Source: Spirochaetia bacterium (GTDB lineage Bacteria > Spirochaetota > Spirochaetia > DSM-2461). From it: DNA of 64,000 nt. The position numbers and the translations under genes are program-made. The stretch is from the NCBI GenBank assembly GCA_963666985.2, contig CAXXIA010000003.1, forward strand, positions 32,001 to 96,000. The letters run 5' to 3'. The notes under the pieces are model-generated. The model did no database searches. It worked only from the letters and a program-made list of their open reading frames with translations, and was not told the DNA's origin. Below are positions 9,519-20,184 of this stretch, piece by piece; position 1 is the first letter of the stretch, and the number at the start of each line of letters is the position of its first letter.

Positions 9519-9668
9519 AAAAGTAAGATTTGGTTCGAAGATAGCGAGCGAGACTCGCAGCTCGCTGCCGAATCAAGCACAGAAAGCGCCGCGTACCGGC
9601 TGTACGTGAGCATTTCGAGCATTGATTCAACGCCGTATACGGGCATAAGGTCCTTTTTCAACAGCCTG
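9508..9668. mobile_element. MITE-like element with 16-bp perfect terminal inverted repeats
   Basis: CAGGCTGTTGAAAAAG (9508-9523) and CTTTTTCAACAGCCTG (9653-9668); 161 bp with no transposase; internal hairpins. Confidence 0.8.
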
Positions 9669-9737
9669 CCAAATAAATTAAAATCTCGTTAAGGGTCTGT
9701 TTCGCTTAAAGTAATTATTGCTAATATACTTATTCTT

Positions 9738-12710
9738 ATGCCGCAAAGACGTCTTCACTTCAGTATATCAATAATATTATCCACCCTGGCGATAGTTTTT
9801 ATCCTGGCCATTTCCATCGTCGGAAATATTCTTTATATCGCCGATAAATCCGCGGATATTGAAGCCAAGCAGCATTTCAATCTCGTGGGGCATCTCATTC
9901 GGGAAAAAACGGCCGAAGAGTTCCGCCCCGCGCTCGATTACGTCGGACTTCTTTCGGCCCTTCCGGAAAGCTCCCTTCCCATAGAGAACTTCGGATTGAA
10001 TCATTCTCTGTTTTCCGCAAGCGGCCGGGTTTTCGACGACTATCCGAGTATTTATTCTCTCTATGTCGGACGAAACGACGGGAGTTTTCTTCAAGTTATT
10101 AACTGCCGGGACTTCAATCAGGCGATTCTTGCCCATCAAGCCTCTTCGGAAACATCGACGATTCTCCGTTCAATCACGAACGAAGGGGACTCCCGGCGGG
10201 AAACTTGGCTTTTTCTTGATGAAAACGGACGCATTCTGGAAAGCCGATCGAACGACGCCGAATATGATCCGAGAAATCGGCCTTGGTTTATCGGCGCACA
10301 AGAGGCACGTTCGTCCTATCTGACCGATCCCTATGAATTTTATTCACTGAAACAGTCGGGCATTACGGCCTCGCGGACCAATGAAGACTCTTCATGCGTT
10401 GTGGGAATCGACCTCACCATTTCGCGTTTGACCGATTTCATCATCAACTTGAAATTTTCGGAAAACGGCGGTGTCGCCCTCTATACCTCGGATGGAGATA
10501 TCATCGCCTCCACGCCGGGCTTCATCGATTTGATTCCCCAAGAATTGATTACCACGCAGATAGAAAGCGAAGATGTCTCTTTATACGAGGATACATTCAT
10601 CCGATCGGAACGTTGGGAAGCTACCGAATCCAAAAACCTGTTCATCGTCTCCGCGGCGCCGAGAAATGATTTCATGGCCGATGCCGCCGTTATGCAGAAA
10701 CGGATTATTTTCATTTCAACCATACTCATCATCGTCATCCTTCCGTTCATCCTCATTTGGGCTTTGAGTATTTCCCGGGGACTTCACAGACTCGCCGAAG
10801 ATGCAACCCATATCGGAAATATGAAATTCGACCATTCGGTCGCCTTTAAAACATCCATTCTTGAATTCTGGCAGCTTGCCAATACGTTCAAGCTGATGAA
10901 AAGCACCATCAGCGAACGGACGAATGATCTCCAGACGGCCAATACGAGACTGAAAACACTGGCTGAAATGATTGTCGCCCTCTCGGCGGAACGGAATTTC
11001 GACCGATTGTCCGAAGTCATTCTTAAAAATGCCAAAGAACTCGCCAATGCGGACGGCGGCAGCCTTTATTTGGTCAATGAGACTCGTGATGCGCTTGATT
11101 TTTCGATAGTCCTTACAGACTCCCTGGGAATCGCCCAGGGAGGGACAAGCGGAACTCCCATAGCAATGAATTCCGTACCCCTTTATAACGACGGTCGTGA
11201 AAACCATCATAATGTCGTCACACACGCTTTTTTCACCGGAAAGACCGTCAACATCGCGGATGCCTATGAAATCGGAGAATATGATTTCTCCGGAACACGA
11301 AAATTCGACGCTCATAACGGCTACCGTTCCGTTTCCTTCCTGACGCTCCCGCTCAAGCCCATGGGCGGCGGAGATATTCTCGGAGCCATACAGCTTATCA
11401 ACGCGACCGATCCGGAAACCGGAGAAATCATTCCCTTTTCGAAAGAAATCGAAACGTTTATCGAGGCCTTGGGCTCCGCGGCGGCCGTCGCCGTCCACAA
11501 CTGGCGCCTGGTAAAAAAACAGAAAGATCTTTTTAACGATTTGGTTCGCTTCATCGCCAGCGCCATTGATAAAAAGAGTCCTTATACGGCGCGCCATTGT
11601 GAGAGGGTTCCCCAGATTGCCGACATTCTTATCGATGCGGCCGACGCCGCGGAATCGGGGCCCTTCAAGAATTTTGAATTTAAAAATCCCGACGAACGCC
11701 GGGAATTCGAAATCGCGGCATGGCTCCACGACTGCGGGAAAGTCACGACTCCCGAATACATTGTCGATAAAGCGACAAAGCTGGAAACCATCCATAACCG
11801 CATTCATGAAATTCGAACCCGCTTCGAAGTTCTTCTGAGGGACGCACGAATAGAACGCCTCTCCCAAATCTTAAGCGGTGTTCCCGAAGAACTTGCCGAT
11901 GAGATTCTTCAAAAGCAGGAACAGAAGCTTCATGAGGATTTCGCTTTTGTCGCCGAATGCAACATCGGCAGCGAAAGGATGGACGACAAGGCCATTCAGC
12001 GTCTGAAAGACATCGGAAGAACTCAATGGACACAGAACTTCAACGACCATATCGGACTTTCCTGGGTGGAACATCAGTACTTAAGCGACGCGGGGATTAA
12101 TGAAGAGAACGCAGGGCTGCCCCGAAAAACAAATCTGCTGATGGATTTGCCCGAACACCGGATTCATCGCCCGGAAGAAACGAAGTCCCTTTACGAAGAT
12201 CAATATAAGAAATTGGGGATTATCCTCGACATTCCCGAACTTTTATTCAATCGCGGAGAGATCTACAACCTTTCCATCCGCTCGGGAACCTTAACGAAAG
12301 AAGACCGCTATATCATCAACGAACATGTGGCTCAAACAATCATCATGCTCAGTGAAATTAAATTCCCGGATGAGCTGAAGAAAGTCATCGATTACGCGGG
12401 AGAGCACCATGAGAATCCCATGGGCACCGGATATCCCAGAGGAATCTCATCAACAACACTGTCCGTACCTTCAAGGATTTTGGCCGTTGCCGATATTTTC
12501 GAAGCGCTCACCTCCGCGGATCGGCCCTACAAAAAGGATAAAACACTCTCGGAAACGCTCGATATTATGTATGAGATGAAAAAGAAAGGGCTTATCGACG
12601 GAGAGGTCTTTACCTTACTGATCAAATCAAAGGCCTATGAGACGTATGCCGAACAATTCCTGAAACCCGAACAAATCGATGAAGTGAATCCGGGGAAATA
12701 TTTGATTTAA
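9738..12710 (+). CDS. Membrane HD-GYP c-di-GMP phosphodiesterase with Cache, HAMP and GAF domains
   Basis: Two TM segments flanking YDPRNRPWF (Cache); ADGGSLYL and GAIQLIN (GAF); HDCGK, HHE, GTGYPRG, AVADIFEALT..DRPYKK. Confidence 0.9.
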   Translation: MPQRRLHFSISIILSTLAIVFILAISIVGNILYIADKSADIEAKQHFNLVGHLIREKTAEEFRPALDYVGLLSALPESSLPIENFGLNHSLFSASGRVFDDYPSIYSLYVGRNDGSFLQVINCRDFNQAILAHQASSETSTILRSITNEGDSRRETWLFLDENGRILESRSNDAEYDPRNRPWFIGAQEARSSYLTDPYEFYSLKQSGITASRTNEDSSCVVGIDLTISRLTDFIINLKFSENGGVALYTSDGDIIASTPGFIDLIPQELITTQIESEDVSLYEDTFIRSERWEATESKNLFIVSAAPRNDFMADAAVMQKRIIFISTILIIVILPFILIWALSISRGLHRLAEDATHIGNMKFDHSVAFKTSILEFWQLANTFKLMKSTISERTNDLQTANTRLKTLAEMIVALSAERNFDRLSEVILKNAKELANADGGSLYLVNETRDALDFSIVLTDSLGIAQGGTSGTPIAMNSVPLYNDGRENHHNVVTHAFFTGKTVNIADAYEIGEYDFSGTRKFDAHNGYRSVSFLTLPLKPMGGGDILGAIQLINATDPETGEIIPFSKEIETFIEALGSAAAVAVHNWRLVKKQKDLFNDLVRFIASAIDKKSPYTARHCERVPQIADILIDAADAAESGPFKNFEFKNPDERREFEIAAWLHDCGKVTTPEYIVDKATKLETIHNRIHEIRTRFEVLLRDARIERLSQILSGVPEELADEILQKQEQKLHEDFAFVAECNIGSERMDDKAIQRLKDIGRTQWTQNFNDHIGLSWVEHQYLSDAGINEENAGLPRKTNLLMDLPEHRIHRPEETKSLYEDQYKKLGIILDIPELLFNRGEIYNLSIRSGTLTKEDRYIINEHVAQTIIMLSEIKFPDELKKVIDYAGEHHENPMGTGYPRGISSTTLSVPSRILAVADIFEALTSADRPYKKDKTLSETLDIMYEMKKKGLIDGEVFTLLIKSKAYETYAEQFLKPEQIDEVNPGKYLI

Positions 12711-13002
12711 CTGCCGAGCCGCCGGGCTTGCGGGGATGGGCTTCAGGGTGGGCTCGGGATGCGTCCGCCGGTTGAACGGCGGAAGTACGGCGGCAAGCGA
12801 AGCCGCCGGGCCGTGATGGAACGGCCGCGAGTAAATCGGCGCTTGAACAGGCTGCAAACGGACCGACAGTCAAAGGCCTCAGCGCAGCCCTGCGAAAAAA
12901 TAAAAAACTCCATGCCGCGGTGATTCCCGGCCGCACTCACGCCGAGAAATGAATCCGATTCGATTCAGGGAAATCAAAATCGGCAGAAAAGGCCGGTCTT
13001 TC

Positions 13003-14451
13003 TCAGAACACCAGTTTTGTTTCGCCCCGGCCCCGTTTCAGGATGCCTTGAGCTCTTTTACGGGCTTCGGCGACAACTGCTGCGGTATCCATTCGGAGTT
13101 TTCCGGATTCTTTCAAGGGCTCTCCGGCGACGAAGACGAACTCGGCATTCCGGGCGTCGGCGGAATAGATTAACGCGGCCAGAGGATTGTACGAGGGAGC
13201 CGTGTGGGGCATGTCAAGGTTCCAGATAACAAGGTCGGCCGGGGCGCCGACTTCAAGGCGCCCTGTTCCGAAGGGGAGCGACTCATGACCGCGCATGAGC
13301 ATTTTCCAGATGTCCTTCAGAGCAAAGGCTTCACCGTTTGCCTGACGGCTTTTCCCGGCCAGGGCCAAAAGACGGGCCTGTTCCAGTGGGTTCAGACAGT
13401 TTGAACTCGCGGCCCCGTCCGTACCGATGCAGAGCGGTAAATCTCCGGGATTCTCCAGGATGGGGCCGGGAGGCATGCCGAGCTTCATGTAGGTCATCAT
13501 GCACACGGCGATCCAGTTCTCCCGGGAGAGAAGAGAGCGCTCTTCGGGAAGAATCCAGTAGGCATGGGCAATAATGAGCGGCAGATCGGTTAAACCGGAA
13601 TCGGCCACCACCTGCATGGGAGTGCGGCCGTATTGTTCCCTGCTGGCGGCAATCTGATTCACATCATCTTCCACGTGCAGATGAGCCCCGACTCCCAGCT
13701 TTTCGGCCGACTTGGCGCACAGCGCCAACTGTTCAGGATTGCAAGTATAGGGCGAATGCGGTCCGAGGCGCAGCGAAAGGCGGCCTTCGCGTCCGTTCCA
13801 GGATCGAATCAGATCTTCCGAAGCGGCCAGCTGATCCTCGAATCCGCCGGACATGCCGAATAACGTGGGCGCGATATCGGCGCGGATTCCCGTTTCCAGG
13901 GCGATTTTGCAGATGCGCTCGGCCATGAAGTAGTGGTCGGCAAAGGCGGTAACGCCATAGTCCAGCATTTCGGCGACGGCCAAGCGGCAGCCGATTTCCG
14001 CGTCGTCCGGTTCCATCTTGCTTTCATACGGCCAGATTTCCTTGTTGAACCAGTCGTCGGGAGTTACGTCTTCGGCGATTCCCCGAAAGATGCTCATGGG
14101 GCTGTGGGTGTGAAGATTCACCAGGCCAGGAGAAACGAAGCGGCCCGAGGCGTCGATGACGCGGGGCTCCGGCGTCGAGAAAGGGAGGTTCCCCTGCCGT
14201 GAATCCCGCTCACGGTAGGCGGCGGTTTTTTGGCCGCCCGCGGACGGGCCGTTGTGATTCGAGGCGGCTTTATAGGTCCGGCGGCTGAAATCGCCGGAGA
14301 ACGCGTCGCCGGCCGGGCGGATTTCCGCGATCAGGCCACCTGCCAACAGAAGATCGACAGGCTGCGAGACGGCTCCTTCGGCATCAATCGTCCGGGCACC
14401 CTTAATCAGAACGGATGAGGCATTCGCGGTTCGGCTTCGGGGGTCACTCAT
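13003..14451 (-). CDS. Amidohydrolase, MTA/SAH (nucleoside) deaminase-like
   Basis: PGLVNLHTH, GPHSPY, HLH, GTDGAASSN, GAPADLV; last gene of the nucleoside operon. Confidence 0.82.
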   Translation of the reverse strand: MSDPRSRTANASSVLIKGARTIDAEGAVSQPVDLLLAGGLIAEIRPAGDAFSGDFSRRTYKAASNHNGPSAGGQKTAAYRERDSRQGNLPFSTPEPRVIDASGRFVSPGLVNLHTHSPMSIFRGIAEDVTPDDWFNKEIWPYESKMEPDDAEIGCRLAVAEMLDYGVTAFADHYFMAERICKIALETGIRADIAPTLFGMSGGFEDQLAASEDLIRSWNGREGRLSLRLGPHSPYTCNPEQLALCAKSAEKLGVGAHLHVEDDVNQIAASREQYGRTPMQVVADSGLTDLPLIIAHAYWILPEERSLLSRENWIAVCMMTYMKLGMPPGPILENPGDLPLCIGTDGAASSNCLNPLEQARLLALAGKSRQANGEAFALKDIWKMLMRGHESLPFGTGRLEVGAPADLVIWNLDMPHTAPSYNPLAALIYSADARNAEFVFVAGEPLKESGKLRMDTAAVVAEARKRAQGILKRGRGETKLVF

Positions 14452-15400
14452 AAGAACACAAAAGTTCGGTAAGAAGCGCGATGAAACCTTCTCGGTCCAA
14501 ATCGACGGCTACGCGGGTGTTGGGCGCCCTTCCGGTGGTACCGAAAACATCCACGACGGTTTTGCCCAGAGTGTGCTTCCCTTGCGTTTCCACGGCGACG
14601 TATCGGCTTTCGAAGCTCACCAGAGTCTCGTCGATGGCGCCGGCAAGGGCAAAAGGATCGTGGAGGGCCAGACCGGAGAATCCGACGCTTTGATAAAAGT
14701 CGGCGTAGGTTTCCAGCATGTCGCAGCAGGCCGCGGGAACGGCTTTTCCGGAGGCTCGAAGAGCCGCTCTTTCCTCTTCTGTGATGAGGGCGCAGTTGGT
14801 TACGTCCAGTCCGTACATATCGATGGGGATGCCGGACTGGAAGACGGCCGCGGCGGAATGGGGGTCGGCGTAGATGTTGAACTCGGCGGCGGGCGTAACG
14901 TTGCCGAATCCGGCGGCGCCACCCATCATCACGATTCGGTTAATCTTTCCGGCCAAATCCGGATATTGATGCAGGGCTCCGGCGATGTTGGTGAGCGGTC
15001 CGATGGTAACCAGTTCCAGCTCGCCGCCCAAGGCCTCGGCGGTTTCATTGATAAACGCGGCGGCATTTCGGGGATCTTCTGCAAAGGCCGGTTCGGGGAG
15101 AGAGACGTTCCCCACTCCGTTCTCACCGTGAACATGACCGCCGTCCCGGCGTTCGGTGAAATACGGTCCCGATGCACCGCGGCAGACGGGCGGCGGATTC
15201 ATGCTGCCGTGCCGGCTGTGCCGCATGGCAAGAGTTACAAGGGAGCGGGCATTCCGGGTGACTTTATCAATATTCACGTTCCCGGCCACCGTGGTGATGC
15301 CCAGAACTTCCAGCTTGCTTGAAGAGAGGGCCATGAAGATGGCCAGAGCGTCGTCGATACCCGGATCGCAGTCGATGATGATTTTACGCGTTTTACTCAC
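14444..15400 (-). CDS. Nucleoside hydrolase (IUNH family)
   Basis: DCDPGIDDA, HVHGENG, GPLTN, AEFNIYADP, LHDP. Likely GTG start at 15400 overlapping the upstream stop; the ORF-track extension to 15571 lies inside the upstream gene. Confidence 0.9.
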   Translation of the reverse strand: MSKTRKIIIDCDPGIDDALAIFMALSSSKLEVLGITTVAGNVNIDKVTRNARSLVTLAMRHSRHGSMNPPPVCRGASGPYFTERRDGGHVHGENGVGNVSLPEPAFAEDPRNAAAFINETAEALGGELELVTIGPLTNIAGALHQYPDLAGKINRIVMMGGAAGFGNVTPAAEFNIYADPHSAAAVFQSGIPIDMYGLDVTNCALITEEERAALRASGKAVPAACCDMLETYADFYQSVGFSGLALHDPFALAGAIDETLVSFESRYVAVETQGKHTLGKTVVDVFGTTGRAPNTRVAVDLDREGFIALLTELLCSYE

Positions 15401-16530
15401 GAAAGGCTCCTTAAGGCATCGGCGACAAGGTCTACGAATGCTTCGCGATTGATATCTACAACTACATCGACATTGGCTTCTTCCGGGGGGGTGCGCCCAA
15501 TGAAACCTCCATACGTTTCCCCTTTGGCCGGACTCACCACGGTGGCTCCCGTGGTGAGCGCGCCGACGCATTCCGCATCCACCCGGGCTTTTACCGACCT
15601 GAATATTTCCGGAGCGATAAGGGCGGCCACGGCGCAGGGATCGTGCAGAGGACTGCCGCCGAATCCGGCGAAATATTCTTCGTGGAATTTCTTAAAGAAA
15701 TCGAGCAGCTCGGCCACCATCACGCCGGTCTTTGTGCCGATATTGCGGAAGCTTTCAATGTCTTCCAGGGTAATAATCGCCTTATGCGACACATCCAGGC
15801 AGCTCATGATAATGGGCAGTCCGGATGAAAAGACAATCTGGGCGGCCTCGGGGTCTACAAGAATGTTGAATTCCGCGGCGGGCGTCCAGTTACCGCCGAT
15901 GGCCGCGCCGCCCATCATGCTGATCCGGGCGATTTTCGATTTCAAATCCGGCCTGGCCAAGAGAAGCATGGCCACGTTGGTAAAAGCTCCTGTAGGGATA
16001 ATCGTCACCGGCTCCGCGGCGTTTTCCAGAATATCCACCATGAGTTCAAAGGCGCTTAATTCCGATTCGGGGCGGTCGGGCATCGGAAGATCAGGACCGT
16101 CCATGCCCGTCTCGCCATGCACCTCGGCGGCCGTGATGAGTTCGCGAAAAAGCGGCTTCGACGATCCCCTGGCCACGGGCGCGTCACAGCCCAAAAAGCT
16201 TAAAATTTTCCGGGCGTTCAGCGTGATTTTTTCAATGGTCTGATTCCCGGCCGTGGTGCAGACTCCCAGAATATCGATTTCCGGACGGGCATGGGCCAGA
16301 ACAAGAGCGATGGCATCATCGTGCCCCGGATCGCAGTCCATGATAACAGGAAGGGAATGCGGCGCACCGGAGGTAAACGGGCCGAGAGAGGCGGGGTGAG
16401 TCTTTGCGATATGGCCGGCGGTGGGAGAGGATGCGGATTTTTCCGTTTTATAAGCCGTATTATTGGCCGCTTTTTCAGCCGAGTCGGCTTTAGCCGCCTT
16501 AACGGTCATGTTTTTAGAGATTTCGGGCAT
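15397..16530 (-). CDS. Nucleoside hydrolase (RihA/RihB-like) with low-complexity N-terminal extension
   Basis: DCDPGHDDA, VHGETGMDG, GNWTPAAEFNILVDP, PLHDP. Confidence 0.9.
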   Translation of the reverse strand: MPEISKNMTVKAAKADSAEKAANNTAYKTEKSASSPTAGHIAKTHPASLGPFTSGAPHSLPVIMDCDPGHDDAIALVLAHARPEIDILGVCTTAGNQTIEKITLNARKILSFLGCDAPVARGSSKPLFRELITAAEVHGETGMDGPDLPMPDRPESELSAFELMVDILENAAEPVTIIPTGAFTNVAMLLLARPDLKSKIARISMMGGAAIGGNWTPAAEFNILVDPEAAQIVFSSGLPIIMSCLDVSHKAIITLEDIESFRNIGTKTGVMVAELLDFFKKFHEEYFAGFGGSPLHDPCAVAALIAPEIFRSVKARVDAECVGALTTGATVVSPAKGETYGGFIGRTPPEEANVDVVVDINREAFVDLVADALRSLS

Positions 16531-17519
16531 CAGGACTTCTCCCCGGAGGAACCCGCCGAAAGGGCGGCTATTTCTTCGGACACATTCATGGCAGCCCGTT
16601 CTTGAATCCGTTTTGCCTGCTCGGTCTTACGGATGGTGTAAATAACCAGTCCGATAACAACAACCACGTAGGGCAGCATGGAAACGAACTCGTAGGGAAT
16701 CTTTAAGATTTGCAGTGAATTGGACAAAGCGTCAAAGAAACCGAAAAGCAGGGATGTCAGCATCCCTCCCACCGGCGTGGCACCGCCCATGGCTTCCGCG
16801 GCAAGTGCGATAAAACCCCGCCCCGCGGTCATATCCCGGCTGAACCACGAGACATACCCCATGGACATGTAGGCTCCGCCGAAACCGGCCATCATGCCGG
16901 AAAGCACCAGTGCGGTGTAGCGAATCTTCACAACGCTGATGCCCACCGAATCGGCGGCGTTCTCATTTTCTCCAACCGCCCTGATTCTTAAGCCGATAGG
17001 CGTTTTGTACAAGAAGAACCAGACAACAAACACCATCAGAAAGGCCATGTACGTCAGAACGTTATGACCGGAAAAAATCGGTCCCAGTACGGGGATGCTT
17101 TTCAGAAGCGGAATATTGATTTTCGGAAGAACCTGCGAGGCCAAAGAAGCGGAAATACCCTTATCACCGGCCACAAGATAAAGAACGAAAATGGTGCCCC
17201 CCGAAGCGATCATGTTGAGTGCGACACCGGCCAGAATAATGTCCGTTTTCAGATTCAGAGAGAAATAGCCCAGAGCCAAAGCCACAAAGCCGCCGAAAAT
17301 AACGGCCATGAGAAGTCCGAACCAGGCGCTTCCGCTGATCGCCGAAAAAATCACCCCCGTTAAAGCGGAGATGAGCATGATTCCTTCCAGAGCGATGTTG
17401 ATGACTCCGGCCTTATCGGAAATAAGAGCACCCAGCGTGGCGAAAAGAATCGGCGTTGTAACCCGAAGAACCGAGTAGCCGAATTCCGCGTTAAGAATCG
17501 TGGACAGGATCTGATTCAT
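16530..17519 (-). CDS. Nucleoside ABC transporter permease
   Basis: GVINIALEG, GLRIRAVGEN..AADSVGI, TAGRGFIALAA; hydrophobic. Confidence 0.9.
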   Translation of the reverse strand: MNQILSTILNAEFGYSVLRVTTPILFATLGALISDKAGVINIALEGIMLISALTGVIFSAISGSAWFGLLMAVIFGGFVALALGYFSLNLKTDIILAGVALNMIASGGTIFVLYLVAGDKGISASLASQVLPKINIPLLKSIPVLGPIFSGHNVLTYMAFLMVFVVWFFLYKTPIGLRIRAVGENENAADSVGISVVKIRYTALVLSGMMAGFGGAYMSMGYVSWFSRDMTAGRGFIALAAEAMGGATPVGGMLTSLLFGFFDALSNSLQILKIPYEFVSMLPYVVVVIGLVIYTIRKTEQAKRIQERAAMNVSEEIAALSAGSSGEKS

Positions 17520-18562
17520 GCCATCGCCTCCTTCACCACCAGCTTATGGCGCTGCCGGGCAAGGAAGGCTTCCGCCGCCACCAATATGATAATGACTCCC
17601 TGAATAATCGCCACGAATTCGTTGGGAACGTCCGTCTGCCGGGACATGATGTCCGCTCCTATGCTCAGATACGCCAGAAAGAAAGCCGCCACGGGAACAT
17701 AAAGAGGATTGTTCCTTGCCAGAATGGCGACAATCACGCCGGTCCATCCGTATCCGGGAAGCGACTGCCAGGTAAAACGGCGATAGAGCCCGAGAACCTC
17801 CACGGCGCCGCCCATGCCGGCGATGAATCCTCCGACCAGCTGGGAAAGAAGAATCGTATTCGCCGTATTGATTCCTGAGTATTCGGCGAAGGCGATATTT
17901 TTCCCGATTACACGGATTCTGTATCCCCAGCGCGTCCTGAATATGAAAACCGCCGAGAGGAAAATCATCAGAATCGCTATAAAAATGCCGAAATGAACCT
18001 TGGTTTTGGGAATCAGTTTAATCAGCTTGGCGGTTTCGCCGAAGGGATAGGAAACCATGGCGCCCGCGTTGACATCCCGCAGGAAATAATTGATGAGATA
18101 GAGACCGAAGAAAAAAGCGATGTAATTGAACATCAAAGAGGAAACCAATTCCGAAGCTCCCCATTTGATTTTCAATAAACCGGGAATACCGCAGAAAACG
18201 GCGCCGATGGCCCCTCCCCAGAGTATGGCGATAAATGGATGAATCACCGGCGGAAGATTCCAGTTCACGGCCAAAAAGGAGGCGCCGATGGCGCCGAAGA
18301 AAAAACCGCCTTCGGCACCCAGATTAAACTGAGCCGCGGAAAACATGATGCTGACCGAGAGACCGCAGAAAATCAGCGGTATCATCAACTCCAGCACGTT
18401 CCCGATATGCCGCAGGCTGTCCAGAGGTCCCAAAAGAAAGCTCTTCAGCGCCTCGCCCGGCATATCGGAATTGAAAAAAATAATCACCATGGCCAAAGCC
18501 AAAGCAATGACGATGGCTATGACGATTCTGCCGAGTTCAAACAATTTAAGCGATTTAAACAT
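17516..18562 (-). CDS. Nucleoside ABC transporter permease
   Basis: FNLGAEG, SELVSSLMFNY, GYRIRVIGKN..FAEYSGI, AILARNNP; likely ATG at 18562 (ORF track 18589). Confidence 0.9.
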   Translation of the reverse strand: MFKSLKLFELGRIVIAIVIALALAMVIIFFNSDMPGEALKSFLLGPLDSLRHIGNVLELMIPLIFCGLSVSIMFSAAQFNLGAEGGFFFGAIGASFLAVNWNLPPVIHPFIAILWGGAIGAVFCGIPGLLKIKWGASELVSSLMFNYIAFFFGLYLINYFLRDVNAGAMVSYPFGETAKLIKLIPKTKVHFGIFIAILMIFLSAVFIFRTRWGYRIRVIGKNIAFAEYSGINTANTILLSQLVGGFIAGMGGAVEVLGLYRRFTWQSLPGYGWTGVIVAILARNNPLYVPVAAFFLAYLSIGADIMSRQTDVPNEFVAIIQGVIIILVAAEAFLARQRHKLVVKEAMA

Positions 18563-20120
18563 GGAGAGCCCTCCGGATTTCTTCGGCATCCTGTTTCTTC
18601 AGCCCAAGCATATACAGCCCAAGCTCTTCTTCCGATATGGATGAGGCATCTTCGATATAAGCGGTAATTTTTCCGCCGTACATCACGATAAGCGCATCCG
18701 ACAATTCCATGACTTCATTCAAGTCGGCGGAGACCAAAAGGACGGCACAGCCCTCGTCTCTCAGTGTGACCAAACGCTTGCGAATAAATTCGGTGGCACC
18801 GACGTCGATACCCCGTGTGGGCTGATCCGCGACGATAAGATGGGGTTCCGAAGAGAACTCCCGGGCGACAACGACCTTCTGGATATTGCCGCCTGAGAGC
18901 CTGCCGACTTCCTGCTGAGCGGAAGAACAAAGAACCCGATATTCTTGAACCAAGTCGTCGGACATTTTGTGGATGGCATTCATATCCATGAGAAATCCGC
19001 TGCGTGTGAACTCCTGATGATCGTGCTTATAGGCAAGAAGATTGGCCTCAATGGACATATCCCGAACACAGCCTTGAGTCATTCGGTCTTCGGGAACATG
19101 GGATGTGCCCAAATCCCGAATCTGCTTGATGGAGAGCTTCTTGATATCGGTATCGGTAATGGAGATATCCCCCGAAGCGTATCGGCCCATGCCGGTAATG
19201 GCCTCCACCAATTCCCGCTGACCGTTTCCCTCCACTCCGGCGACTCCGAGGATTTCACCGGAACGCACGGAAAAACCGATATCGTCGACGGCGCGTTTGC
19301 TGAAGCGGTTCACCACCGTGAGATTTTTAACTTCCAGAACCGTTTCTTTGGGATTCGCCGGTCCTTTTTTCACTTTCAGAACAACATCCCGTCCGACCAT
19401 AAGCCGGGAAATGTCCTGCTCGGTTACATCCGCGACATCGAACACGCCTTGATTGGATCCGGAACGCATAATGGTAACCCGATCGCAGAGGTTTTTTATT
19501 TCATTAAGCTTATGGGAAATGAAAATAATCGTATTGCCTTGATTTTTAAGGAGCTTGAGTTCCTCGAAAAGTTCATCCGTTTCCTGAGGAGTCAGAACCG
19601 CGGTGGGCTCATCCAGAATCAAGATACGGGCGCCCCTGTGCAGAGCTTTGAGAATCTCCACTTTCTGTTTGATGCCTACCGGTAAATCACGGACGGCCAT
19701 GGAGGGATCGACTTTCAGATTGTATTTTTCCGAAAGCTCTTGCGTGATTTTTATCGCTTCGGAAACATTCAACCGGATTCCTTTTCTCGGCTCCACGCCC
19801 ATCACCAAGTTCTCGGCAACGGATAATGAAGGAACTAGCATGAAATGTTGATGAACCATACCTATGCCGTAGGCAATGGCGGCATGAGGATTGGAGATAT
19901 TGATTTCCCGACCTTCGAGAAGAATGCGCCCTTCTTCAGGGTGATTCAAACCGAAGAGAATCTGCATCAGGGTTGTTTTTCCGGCACCGTTTTCTCCAAC
20001 CAAACCATGAATTTCTCCCGCGGATATTGAAAAGTCCACGCTTTTATTGGCCATGATTCCGTTGGGATAAACTTTGGTGATGTTCTCCATTCTCAGAAGT
20101 TCACCGTTTGTATCAGGCAT
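18555..20120 (-). CDS. Nucleoside/sugar ABC transporter ATP-binding protein (two domains)
   Basis: GENGAGKTT, ILDEPT, GVEGNGQ, LSGGNIQK, QPTRGIDVGA. Confidence 0.95.
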   Translation of the reverse strand: MPDTNGELLRMENITKVYPNGIMANKSVDFSISAGEIHGLVGENGAGKTTLMQILFGLNHPEEGRILLEGREINISNPHAAIAYGIGMVHQHFMLVPSLSVAENLVMGVEPRKGIRLNVSEAIKITQELSEKYNLKVDPSMAVRDLPVGIKQKVEILKALHRGARILILDEPTAVLTPQETDELFEELKLLKNQGNTIIFISHKLNEIKNLCDRVTIMRSGSNQGVFDVADVTEQDISRLMVGRDVVLKVKKGPANPKETVLEVKNLTVVNRFSKRAVDDIGFSVRSGEILGVAGVEGNGQRELVEAITGMGRYASGDISITDTDIKKLSIKQIRDLGTSHVPEDRMTQGCVRDMSIEANLLAYKHDHQEFTRSGFLMDMNAIHKMSDDLVQEYRVLCSSAQQEVGRLSGGNIQKVVVAREFSSEPHLIVADQPTRGIDVGATEFIRKRLVTLRDEGCAVLLVSADLNEVMELSDALIVMYGGKITAYIEDASSISEEELGLYMLGLKKQDAEEIRRALHV

Positions 20121-20184
20121 TACTCTTACTCCAGAGACCGCCGAACCGTCCGAGAAACAATACGGCGGCTAAAATTTGCAGAAA

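Noticed and set aside
10716..11867. 383-aa minus-strand ORF
   Set aside because: Antisense to the HD-GYP gene; no independent evidence
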